From assembly GCA_046543235.1 (NCBI GenBank), contig JBKGZT010000009.1:1-31225 (forward strand): 31,225 nucleotides of DNA, read 5' to 3'. Shown here in pieces: positions 17,828 to 26,264 of this stretch. How positions within the stretch are numbered: position 1 is the first letter of the stretch; every line of letters starts with the position of its first letter. Both the position numbers and the translations under genes were made by a program. The notes beneath the pieces are model-generated. The model was not told where the DNA came from. It saw only the letters and a list, made by a program, of their open reading frames with translations, and did no database searches. This DNA comes from Candidatus Acetothermia bacterium (GTDB lineage: Bacteria; Bipolaricaulota; Bipolaricaulia; M55B111).

Positions 17828-18660
17828 AGGAAAAAACGGAAATTCCGGAAAGAAGTTCCTGGCCTTTCTGGCGGAATCTGATTGCAGCGATCTTCTTTGT
17901 AGTCGTCTTTATAGCAGCCTTAAACAGGATCAACCTGGACCTCACCTTGCTGGTAAAGAACTTTCCCAGTACCCTGAAACTCTGGTCGGCTTTTGCCAAG
18001 CCCGACTGGTCAGTCCTCGGGGAGGGGGCAGTCCTCCTCGTTAAGACCCTTTACATGGCATTCATGGCTACGGTCCTCGCTCTGCCGTTCGCCATCGTCC
18101 TCTCATTTCTGGGGGCGAAAAACCTGATGAAATCAACTTTGGCCAAAGCGGTCTATACCGGGGTCAGGGGTCTGGCCAGCATTATCCGCTCCATACAGCC
18201 GATCATCTGGGCGATAATTTTCGTCGTCTGGGTTCGTACCGGGCCGTTTCCCGGAGTTCTGGCTCTCTGGGTCCACTCCGTCGCGGACATGACCAAACTC
18301 TTTTCCGAGCGTGTTGAAAGCATCGACGTGGGGCCCCTGGAAGCGATCAGGTCCACCGGAGCAGGCAAGCTACTCGTCCTTGTTTACGGTGTCATTCCGC
18401 AGATTATAAATCCATACCTGTCATTTACCCTTTACAGGCTCGACATCAACGTCCGAATGGCGACGATCATCGGGATAGTCGGGGGTGGCGGAATCGGGAT
18501 GCGCCTCTACAGCTATATAAACAAGTGGAACTTCCCGAAGGCCGTCGTCATGACGATGCTGATCGTACTCATGGTCTGGGGGATTGACTACCTGTCAAGT
18601 CGATTGAGGGAGAGAATAGAAACCGGAGGAGGAGAGAAGACCGAGGGGTATACGATATAA
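17824..18660 (+). CDS. phnE: Phosphonate ABC permease (second copy)
   Basis: Motifs KLFSERVESIDVGPLEAIRSTGA and YRLDINVRMATIIGIVGGGGIG. Confidence 0.93.
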   Translation: MKEKTEIPERSSWPFWRNLIAAIFFVVVFIAALNRINLDLTLLVKNFPSTLKLWSAFAKPDWSVLGEGAVLLVKTLYMAFMATVLALPFAIVLSFLGAKNLMKSTLAKAVYTGVRGLASIIRSIQPIIWAIIFVVWVRTGPFPGVLALWVHSVADMTKLFSERVESIDVGPLEAIRSTGAGKLLVLVYGVIPQIINPYLSFTLYRLDINVRMATIIGIVGGGGIGMRLYSYINKWNFPKAVVMTMLIVLMVWGIDYLSSRLRERIETGGGEKTEGYTI

Positions 18661-19019
18661 ACAAGCTCCTTTTTACCTTTACCCCGAAATTCCTCCGTAA
18701 TAGACAGAGCATCGGCACCAACCCGGCCGAGGGGTAGTTTAATTGCTGCTTAAGTGGCCGTATAATTTTTCAGTTATTAGAAGAGATCTTATTTTAACCG
18801 ACCGGGTCAGGAACTCCGTTAAATTGGAAAGGTTTGTAACGACTAAATCCTATAGTAGGGCATAGGGACCTTTTTCCTTAAATGTAAAAGACCCGGCGGT
18901 CAATCCAGCACTTAATGCGGAATTTGAGTTGTATCAGTTCTTAAAACGTGCCGGATGGCAAAGTCAGCCGATCCCCGGGACGAACCCCGGGACTTCTCGG
19001 CATATTTCGGTGATCCTGA

Positions 19020-20843
19020 ATGAACCAGGCAGTCGAGAACCAAGAGAAAAACGACCTAAAAGAAGAGAAGATAAACGGGAGAGAACTTTACAACGCGTTC
19101 GCCAAAGGCGCGGAAAAGGTCATAGAAAGAAGAAAGTCCCTCGACGAGATAAACGTCTTTCCCGTCGCGGACAGCGATACCGGAAAAAACATGGCCCAGA
19201 CGCTGCGTTCGGTTGCCCGGGCATCCAGCCCGGAATCCTCCGTAGGAACCGTAACCAGCGAAATGGCTCAGGCCGCTTTACTGGATTCGAGGGGAAACTC
19301 CGGCATCATCCTGGCCCAATTCTTGAACGGGATGAGCAAGGCCACGCGGAACCGCGACCAACTCCACCTGGACGAATTCGCACGTACGATGAAAGTGGCC
19401 GCAAATCACGCTTACGAGGCCACAAACCAGCCGGTCGAGGGCACTATACTAACAGTGATGAGGGAGTGGGCCAGCTCGTTTCACGAATTCGCTTCCAGTA
19501 AAAAGGACCTAATGGAGTCCTTCGACTACTCTCTCGAGACCGCCAGGGAATCACTGAAGGAGACGAAATCCCGCCTAAAGGAGCTAAGAGAAGCCGACGT
19601 CGTGGACGCCGGGGCAAAGGGGTTCGTCCTTTTCCTGGAGGGAGTCTCTTCGTTCTTCAAGGAAGGGAGCACTGCTTCCTTTTCCCGGTTCAAGGAGCTG
19701 GATGATAGTGCACCCGACCACCCCGTCGAGAGGAGCCGCGACGTAGATGGCCCTCGGTACTGTACCGAGGTAGTGCTTACCGGGGACGAACTCGGAAACG
19801 AAGAGCTGAAGGAAAAAGCGGTAAAGTTCGGCAATTCCCTCGTCGTAGCCGGCGGAGACGGTCAGTACCACGTCCACCTCCATACGGACCAACCCGGCGA
19901 GATGGTATACGAGCTGGGCAAAACCGGAACGGTAGCGGACCAGAAAGTGGACGACATGAAAAAACAGCACCAGGCCGCTTACGAGAGGACATCCGAAATA
20001 GCCCTGGTCACTGACTCCACCTGTGACCTACCCGGGGAAGTTATCGACCACCTTCCGATCTATACCGTTCCGCTCAAAGTCAGCTTCGGCGATGACCAGT
20101 TTACGGATAAGGTCACGATTAAACCGGACCAGTTTTACCGGATGCTGCAAGAGCTCAGTGACGAAGAAGAGTTTCCTACCAGCTCTCAGCCATCGATCGG
20201 GGACTTCGTCGATACTTACTCTTTTTTGCTCGAGCACTACGATTCTATCTTATCCGTCCACCTCTCCGGTAAGCTGAGCGGAACTTACGAAGCAGCAGTC
20301 GAGGCCGCGGATCGGGTAAACGAGGAAAAGATACAGGTTGTGGATTCAAAGCAGCTTTCGACTTCTCTTGGGTTGATAGTCCAGGAGCTGGCGCATGATA
20401 TAGAATCCGGCTCCGGAATGGACCAACTAGTTCAAAAAGCTCGAGAGCTGAGCGAGAGAAGCAGGATTCTCGTCAGCGTGAAGAACCTAAAGTACATGGT
20501 GCGTGGAGGACGGGTGAGCAGATTAAAAGGTTTTTTGGCCCGAATCCTCAATTTCAAGCCGATCATCTCGGTGGAAGACGGTGAGTCTGCTCTTCACGGA
20601 AAACCGCTGCTGCGGAGAACCAATTACAAGCAGATACTGGACATGATGGAAGATGCCGACCAAAAGAACGGGATAACCAACTACGCCATCGGGCATGTCA
20701 GCGCGGAGGCGGAGGCGGAGAAACTGTCGGAGATGATAGAGAACCGGCTCGGCTTCGAGCCGGATTACACGATGGATATCTCCCCGTTGATAGGATCGCA
20801 CGCCGGTATTGGCGCGGTTTCCGCCTCTTACCTGACCGAATGA
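19020..20843 (+). CDS. DAK2 (FakA-like)-DegV (FakB-like) fusion protein
   Basis: DAK2/FakA motifs LDEINVFPVADSDTGKNM, SRGNSGIILAQF, PVEGTILTV, VVDAGAKG, YCTE and HVHLHTD. DegV motifs IALVTDSTCDLP, PTSSQPS, LSGKLSGTY and GSHAGIGAV. Confidence 0.92.
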   Translation: MNQAVENQEKNDLKEEKINGRELYNAFAKGAEKVIERRKSLDEINVFPVADSDTGKNMAQTLRSVARASSPESSVGTVTSEMAQAALLDSRGNSGIILAQFLNGMSKATRNRDQLHLDEFARTMKVAANHAYEATNQPVEGTILTVMREWASSFHEFASSKKDLMESFDYSLETARESLKETKSRLKELREADVVDAGAKGFVLFLEGVSSFFKEGSTASFSRFKELDDSAPDHPVERSRDVDGPRYCTEVVLTGDELGNEELKEKAVKFGNSLVVAGGDGQYHVHLHTDQPGEMVYELGKTGTVADQKVDDMKKQHQAAYERTSEIALVTDSTCDLPGEVIDHLPIYTVPLKVSFGDDQFTDKVTIKPDQFYRMLQELSDEEEFPTSSQPSIGDFVDTYSFLLEHYDSILSVHLSGKLSGTYEAAVEAADRVNEEKIQVVDSKQLSTSLGLIVQELAHDIESGSGMDQLVQKARELSERSRILVSVKNLKYMVRGGRVSRLKGFLARILNFKPIISVEDGESALHGKPLLRRTNYKQILDMMEDADQKNGITNYAIGHVSAEAEAEKLSEMIENRLGFEPDYTMDISPLIGSHAGIGAVSASYLTE

Positions 20844-21619
20844 CCCCGCTCCCGGGCCCCGCGATAATCGTACTGGCCGTCTTCCTTTACATGACGGCCT
20901 TTTATCTGATAGCTCAGTTCAAATCGGATTATTCCGTCGTCGACATAGGATGGGGGCTTGGATTCGTCCTTGTCGGCACTCTATCCCTTTCGCTTGCCCC
21001 CGAAATCACCTTACGCGGGATTCTCGCTACCGGTTTAACTGCCATCTGGGGGTTGCGGCTCGGTTATCACGTCGGCTCCAGAAACTGGGGAAAAGAAGAG
21101 GACTTCCGCTACCAGGAAATGCGAGAGGAGTGGGGCGACAGGGCCTACCTGGTAAGTTACTTCAGGATATTTCTAGTTCAGGGCCTGCTCATGCTCGCAA
21201 TAGGATACCCCCTGATACTGGTTAATTACTTCACGAAGCCGGGGCTGGGAGTTCTGGATTTCCTCGGGGTCGCCATCTGGTTGGCTGGATTTGGGTTTGA
21301 AACCATCGGCGACTACCAGCTCAAGCAATTCATAAAGAACAGGAAAAACGAGGAAAACAGGATCATGACGGATGGCCTCTGGAGGTACACCCGCCACCCG
21401 AACTATTTCGGCGAGGCCCTGTTGTGGTGGGGAATCTACCTGTTGACTTTCTCCGTTCCGTTTGGGTGGACCGGGTTCGTCAGCCCCATTGCGATCGGCT
21501 ACCTGCTACTTTTCGTCTCCGGCGTTCCGCTCCTGGAAGAACATTACGCCGACGACGAGGACTACCAGAAATACGCGGAAAGGACGAATAAGTTCTTCCC
21601 CTGGTTTCCAGGTGAATAA
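20840..21619 (+). CDS. DUF1295 family (steroid 5-alpha-reductase-like) membrane protein
   Basis: Motifs VVDIGWG, WGLRLG, EDFRY, GDYQLKQF and GLWRYTRHPNYFGEALLWWG. Confidence 0.92.
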   Translation: MTPLPGPAIIVLAVFLYMTAFYLIAQFKSDYSVVDIGWGLGFVLVGTLSLSLAPEITLRGILATGLTAIWGLRLGYHVGSRNWGKEEDFRYQEMREEWGDRAYLVSYFRIFLVQGLLMLAIGYPLILVNYFTKPGLGVLDFLGVAIWLAGFGFETIGDYQLKQFIKNRKNEENRIMTDGLWRYTRHPNYFGEALLWWGIYLLTFSVPFGWTGFVSPIAIGYLLLFVSGVPLLEEHYADDEDYQKYAERTNKFFPWFPGE

Positions 21620-21842
21620 CACCTTCAATTCAGCCCCTTCACCGTCGTTAATCCAGACTGATAACGGGTTGACCGGCTAAAAAGCTAGGTTAGGAGAAGT
21701 AGAAGATACAAGTCGAAGCCTTTTCACTTTTACAAGATTTCACCTTAACTAACCAATAATCTCCTCATCGAAGGAATTTCCGTTCTTCTTTGGACCTCTG
21801 AACCCTTCTCTCGAGACAATTGACGATAGGTTATTCCCGAAT

Positions 21843-22095
21843 TGTGGAAAACCGTGTGGACAACTTGTGAAAAACTTCCGATATAAAAAGAAAAACTGTG
21901 GAAAAACCCTGTGGAAAAGAGAATCGAACCTTTTTCCACATACGTTTTCCAGAACTTTTAAGACCTATCAACATTCCTTTCACAACGTTTTGCCCAGCTT
22001 TTTTCTTCCTATCATACGTCCAGAACGGTGGTTTTCCACAGTCAGCGATTTACCTATTACTACTACTAAAATAAAAATATGAAATACAAAAAGAA
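21843..22095. other. Putative chromosomal replication origin (oriC): DnaA-box array, DnaA-trios and AT-rich tract
   Basis: TGTGGAAAA at 21843, 21897 and 21910; TGTGGACAA at 21855; TGTGAAAAA at 21866; TTTTCCACA at 21932 and 22032; weaker boxes at 21945, 21965, 21976 and 21988. TAT-TAC-TAC-TAC-TAA at 22055-22069 is followed by an A-rich stretch. Confidence 0.8.
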
Positions 22096-22251
22096 GAAGG
22101 CTAAAGTGGAACCCTGTACTACCACCAGAACCTGTATAACCTCGGTCTTCCCGTAACCTAGAGACCTTGCCGGGTGGTTTCCCCACTGGGGAAATGAAGT
22201 ACAATAAGGATTTGCCCCCAAAGGCCTGCACGTAGAAGAACTGAGCAAGTC

Positions 22252-22283
22252 AAAAGGACGGCCACCCTTTCGGGTGACCGCCC
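22252..22283 (-). terminator. Intrinsic terminator of hsp20
   Basis: Minus strand reads GGGCGGTCACCC-GAAA-GGGTGGCCGTCC-TTTT. Confidence 0.85.
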
Positions 22284-22294
22284 CCAACCTGTAA

Positions 22295-22735
22295 TTAATC
22301 TATCCTTATCTCCATTTTCTCGTCCCCTTTTTCCTTCAATGGGGCCCGTATTTTTAGCAAGCCGTTTTCGAAATGAGCTTCGATCTCGTCGCTTTTAGTT
22401 AGTTCCGGCAAGGGGAGCACTCGTTTGAACTCTCCGTGCCGTCTCCCTTTGGCTATGTAGTTTCTATCCTTGCTCTGAGATTCCCTTTCTATTTGACCCG
22501 TGATTTCCAGTTTCTTCCCGTCTTTGCGTACCTCCACTTCGTCCTTGCTTAAACCCGGAGTTTCGATTTCGTAGAATAACGAGTCCTCTTCCTTGTAGAT
22601 GTCGGTACTGCCGAAACGCCGCGATCTATTTTTCTTCGAACTTTTTCTCAAGTCATTGAGTATATTGTTGATCATACCGTCAAAGCTCTTTCTGCGATTC
22701 TGGTTTCTGTCTAGCCAGCTTGCTGGTACTCTCAT
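22295..22735 (-). CDS. Hsp20/alpha-crystallin small heat-shock protein
   Basis: Motifs TDIYKEED, ETPGLSKDEVEV, RRHGEFKRVLPLP and AHFENGLLKIRAP. GGAGGTG SD. Confidence 0.95.
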   Translation of the reverse strand: MRVPASWLDRNQNRRKSFDGMINNILNDLRKSSKKNRSRRFGSTDIYKEEDSLFYEIETPGLSKDEVEVRKDGKKLEITGQIERESQSKDRNYIAKGRRHGEFKRVLPLPELTKSDEIEAHFENGLLKIRAPLKEKGDEKMEIRID

Positions 22736-22769
22736 CTGAATTGCACCTCCGTGATGCTGTCCGATTAAA

Positions 22770-22796
22770 TTAGCACTCTTACCTTGACTCTGCTAA
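22770..22796. promoter_or_regulatory. CIRCE-like element (HrcA operator)
   Basis: TTAGCACTC-N9-CTCTGCTAA. One arm is perfect and the other matches 6/9 of the consensus TTAGCACTC-N9-GAGTGCTAA. It lies between the promoter and the hsp20 SD. Confidence 0.8.
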
Positions 22797-22800
22797 TTCC

Positions 22801-22828
22801 ATTATAGCTCCCGGCGGGGCCGTTTCAA
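22801..22828 (-). promoter_or_regulatory. Sigma70-type promoter of hsp20
   Basis: Minus strand reads TTGAAA-16 bp-TATAAT. Confidence 0.7.
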
Positions 22829-22939
22829 GGGTAACTTCGAGAAGGTACGAGGGTAAGAGGGGGATGAGGCGGGTGAAAGGTTCATCGGCGACCTCGAACG
22901 CTTTCGAACTCAGACGTTCTACGTTTTTATTAAACCTAT

Positions 22940-22976
22940 TTGCAAAAAAATGTTTTTTTCGTTATGATACGTTTCA
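22940..22976 (+). promoter_or_regulatory. Promoter of the glycerol operon with an overlapping LacI/cre-like palindrome
   Basis: TTGCAA-17 bp-TATGAT at 22940-22968, with TGATACGTTTCA at 22965-22976. Confidence 0.65.
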
Positions 22977-23032
22977 GGTTTGTGTAATTGCTTATTATTA
23001 ACACGATTTCAAAACTCCGGGGCGATATTTGA

Positions 23033-24487
23033 ATGAGTGATAGATACGACGTTTTAGTGATCGGTGCTGGTGTGATAGGCTGTGGGATTGCCCGCGAGCT
23101 GTCGAGGTACGATCTAGAAGTAGGGGTTCTGGAGAAGAGACCTGACGTGGGCTGGGGGACGACGAAGGCAAATAGCGGCATAGTTCACGCAGGTTACGAC
23201 GCAAAGCCGGGTACTGTCAAGGCGTCCTTCTCCGCTCCAGGAAACAAGAAGTACGGGGAATGGGCTGAGGACCTCTCGGTTCCGTTCAAGAGGATTGGAT
23301 CTTTCGTCTCCGCAAAGGACGAAGGCAGGATCGGGAAACTGGATAAGTTGTTTCAGCAGGGTGAGGAGAACGGGGTTGAGGACCTGGAGATAATCACGGA
23401 TAGGGGGAGGATAGAGGAGCTGGAGCCAAACATAACGGAGGAAGTTGAGGCGGTATTGTACGCACCGACAGCCGGGGTTATAGCTCCGTACAAACTGACG
23501 ATTGCCTTGTTCGAGAACGCCCGTGAGAACGGAGTCGAATTCCATTTTGATTCTCCCGTTGTAGACGTCGAGAAAGACGACGAAGTCGACGGATCGGGCT
23601 TTGAGGTAAAAGCCGGTGGCTCCGCTTACGAGGGCGACTTCCTGATCAACGCGGCCGGAATTCACTCCGACGAAATAGCTGGCCTGGTTGGCGATGATAG
23701 TTTCTCCATACACCCGGCCCGGGGTGAGTACCATTTGCTGGATAGCGAGATAGGTGAATACGTCAGGAGGATTAACTTTCCCCTTCCTTCGAAAGAAAGC
23801 AAGGGGATACTGGTGACGCCCGCTGCTGAAGGAAGCATCATATTCGGGCCAAACCATCAACCCCTGGAGGAACCTTCTGTTGCAACTACGAAAGCCGGCC
23901 TGAACGAAGTGCTCGACGGGGCGAAGAAGCTGTTTCCTGAGATCGATACCGGGAAGATAAGAACGAACTTCGCTGGCCTGCGAGCCAAGGCCGACTCGGA
24001 TGATTTCGTGATCGGCGAATCCGATGCCGCGGATAAATTCATCAACGTAGCCGGCATCCAGTCGCCCGGCCTTACGGCGGCGCCGGCAATCTCGGAGCAC
24101 GTCGTCGGTTTACTTGAGGAGTTAGGCCTGACGCTTACTGAAGATCCCGATTTCGACCCAGAAAGGGAGCCAATCCCCAGGTTCGCGGAGATGAGCCTCG
24201 AGGAAATTTCCCGGTATACCGACGAGTACGGGGCTGCAAAAGAGGTAGTCTGTCGCTGTGAAGAGGTGACCAGAGCGGAGATCGAGGAAGCGATCGATCG
24301 AGGTGCGAGTACTCTGGACGGGATTAAGTTCAGGACGAGATCCCGTATGGGTAGCTGTCAGGGCGGTTTTTGTACGCCCAGGCTGATCGAAATTCTATCG
24401 GATAAGCTTGGCATTTCACCAAAGGAAGTAACTAAGAAGGGAGATAACTCTAATCTGTTGACCGAAGAAACAAAGAAGGTCGAGTAA
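23033..24487 (+). CDS. glpA: FAD-dependent oxidoreductase with a C-terminal BFD-like [2Fe-2S] domain, probable glycerol-3-phosphate dehydrogenase large subunit
   Basis: Motifs IGAGVIG, TTKANSGIVHAGYD, GIQSPGLTAAPAI and VCRCEEVT...RTRSRMGSCQGGFC. Co-located with glpK. Confidence 0.82.
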   Translation: MSDRYDVLVIGAGVIGCGIARELSRYDLEVGVLEKRPDVGWGTTKANSGIVHAGYDAKPGTVKASFSAPGNKKYGEWAEDLSVPFKRIGSFVSAKDEGRIGKLDKLFQQGEENGVEDLEIITDRGRIEELEPNITEEVEAVLYAPTAGVIAPYKLTIALFENARENGVEFHFDSPVVDVEKDDEVDGSGFEVKAGGSAYEGDFLINAAGIHSDEIAGLVGDDSFSIHPARGEYHLLDSEIGEYVRRINFPLPSKESKGILVTPAAEGSIIFGPNHQPLEEPSVATTKAGLNEVLDGAKKLFPEIDTGKIRTNFAGLRAKADSDDFVIGESDAADKFINVAGIQSPGLTAAPAISEHVVGLLEELGLTLTEDPDFDPEREPIPRFAEMSLEEISRYTDEYGAAKEVVCRCEEVTRAEIEEAIDRGASTLDGIKFRTRSRMGSCQGGFCTPRLIEILSDKLGISPKEVTKKGDNSNLLTEETKKVE

Positions 24488-24489
24488 CC

Positions 24490-25746
24490 ATGAACTTGAA
24501 TACAGAAAATATAAAGAAGGACATCGTGGTGGTCGGTGGCGGTCCTGCCGGTATGGCAGCCGGTCTCCGTGGCGCCGAAGAGGGCGCCGAGGTGATGATC
24601 GTTGAACGGGATATAGAACTGGGTGGAATCCTCAACCAGTGTATTCATAACGGATTTGGTGTCGAGATTTACGGGGAAGAGCTTACGGGACCGGAGTACG
24701 CGGAGAGGTTCACGAGCCAGATAGGGGAAAGCTCGGTTGATGTCAGGCTAAATACTTACGTACTCACTATGAATCCGGACAAGTCAATGACGCTGCTGAG
24801 TCCGGATGGACTGCTCGAGGTCGAGGCGAAAGCCGTGGTTCTGGCGACCGGGGCAAGGGAGAGGTCGCGGGGAGAAATTCGGATACCGGGCGATCGACCG
24901 GCCGGAGTAATGCCGGCTGGCACGGCCCAGGAACTGATAAATAAGAAGGGTTTCCTGCCGGGCAAGAAGGTATTTGTCCTTGGTTCCGGAGATATCGGTC
25001 TAATAATCTCCAGGAGGTTGACCTGGGAAGGGGCCGAGGTCGTCGGCGTTGCCGAGATAATGGATTACCCGACTGGGTTGAACAGAAACGTAGTTCAGTG
25101 CCTTCATGATTATGACATCCCGCTCCACCTGAGCCATACGGTGACGGATATTTACGGTTCCAACAGACTTGAGGGGATAGAGCTTTCGCGGGTAGACGAG
25201 AACCTGCAGCCTATTGAGGGTACGGGGAAGGACATCGATGTTGACTTGCTGCTGCTATCGGTCGGGCTGGTACCGGAGAACGACTTTTTTAAAGAGACCG
25301 GAGTTACGCTATCCCGGAAAACCCGTGGGCCGATAGTGGACGAGTGGTTCCAGACCGACGTCCCGGGTATCTTTGGCTGCGGAAATTCCGTTCACATAGA
25401 GGATCTCGTGGACTGGGTAACCATGGACGGTTACAGGGCAGGCGACGGTGCGGTAGCTTACGCCGGCAATGGAGGTTTGCCGAATTCGGAAAAGGACGTA
25501 GTTCCTGGAGAGAACGTTGACTACGTGGTTCCTCAAAAGGTTAGCGCGGAAGACGGCTTCCGCTTCGCCCTGCGGGTTGAGAAGCCGATGGAGAATGCCG
25601 ACATCGCGATCAAGGGTACCGATATCTCCTTCTTCGAACAGATAGTAACTCCGGGGGAAATGGAGGTCAAAGAAGTGGAAGAAGGGAACCTGGAGGGACT
25701 TCAGGATCTGGACGAGGTCGAGATAGAAGTTACGAGGAGGTTCTGA
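24490..25746 (+). CDS. NAD(P)/FAD-dependent oxidoreductase (partner subunit of the G3P dehydrogenase)
   Basis: Motifs GGGPAGMAA, LGGILNQCIHNGFG, LTGPEYA, ATGARER, GSGDIGLI and GIFGCGN. Confidence 0.88.
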   Translation: MNLNTENIKKDIVVVGGGPAGMAAGLRGAEEGAEVMIVERDIELGGILNQCIHNGFGVEIYGEELTGPEYAERFTSQIGESSVDVRLNTYVLTMNPDKSMTLLSPDGLLEVEAKAVVLATGARERSRGEIRIPGDRPAGVMPAGTAQELINKKGFLPGKKVFVLGSGDIGLIISRRLTWEGAEVVGVAEIMDYPTGLNRNVVQCLHDYDIPLHLSHTVTDIYGSNRLEGIELSRVDENLQPIEGTGKDIDVDLLLLSVGLVPENDFFKETGVTLSRKTRGPIVDEWFQTDVPGIFGCGNSVHIEDLVDWVTMDGYRAGDGAVAYAGNGGLPNSEKDVVPGENVDYVVPQKVSAEDGFRFALRVEKPMENADIAIKGTDISFFEQIVTPGEMEVKEVEEGNLEGLQDLDEVEIEVTRRF

Positions 25747-26141
25747 TGCCGAAAAAAGAGTATACCTGCGTCGCCTGTCCCAAGGGCTGTACGGTGGAAG
25801 TGGAATTCGAGGGTGACGAAATCAAGGACATTTCCGGCTACAGCTGTGCCAAAGGAGAAGAGTACGTAAAGAGCGAGTTCCACGACCCTCGGAGAATACT
25901 GACTACGACGGTGAAGATAAAAGGAGCAAAATACCCGAGAATCCCTGTAAGGACGGAAACCGGCGTCCCTAAGGACGAACTTGACTGCTGTCTCGATAAA
26001 TTGAACGACGTCGAGCTGGAAGCTCCAGTGGGAGTGGGGGATGTCGTCATAGAAGACGTCTGTGGGACGGGTATTCCCGTAGTTACGAGCAGATCTCTGG
26101 ATAGGATAACGGAAGAGGAGAAAGAATTAGCTCGGGTATAA
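25746..26141 (+). CDS. DUF1667 family CxxC metal-binding protein
   Basis: Motifs TCVACPKGC, GYSCAKGEEY and PRRILTTTV. Typical third gene of this cluster. Confidence 0.88.
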   Translation: MPKKEYTCVACPKGCTVEVEFEGDEIKDISGYSCAKGEEYVKSEFHDPRRILTTTVKIKGAKYPRIPVRTETGVPKDELDCCLDKLNDVELEAPVGVGDVVIEDVCGTGIPVVTSRSLDRITEEEKELARV

Positions 26142-26162
26142 GGGAACCTCTCCGATTTTTTC

Positions 26163-26187
26163 AGTGGCCCCTTTAGGGGGTACTTTT
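26163..26187 (+). terminator. Weak hairpin or terminator between DUF1667 and glpK
   Basis: AGTG-G-CCCC-TTTA-GGGG-G-TACT followed by TTT. Confidence 0.4.
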
Positions 26188-26264
26188 GCTGATTACCTGA
26201 ATTATCGCTGATTTTGTAGGATTCGTTTTTTCGATTATTGACCCATAGAGGTGGTGTCCGAGGT

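Noticed and set aside
18805-18835. CTCCGT...TGGAAAGG resembling the 3' end of the Moco riboswitch
   Set aside because: The upstream Moco helices are not found and the downstream gene is unrelated to molybdenum.
18929-19501. 190-aa Arg-rich ORF overlapping the DAK2-DegV start
   Set aside because: Alternative-frame artefact of a purine-rich coding sequence.
21843-22040. Possible CRISPR array or iteron repeats
   Set aside because: The repeats are 9-mers in both orientations with irregular short spacing, and there are no cas or rep genes.
21745-22287. Four short ORFs across the DnaA-box region
   Set aside because: They are translations of repeated boxes and AT tracts. The region is better explained as an origin.
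23114-24100. 328-aa antisense ORF opposite the G3P dehydrogenase gene
   Set aside because: Shadow ORF that fully overlaps a well-supported gene.
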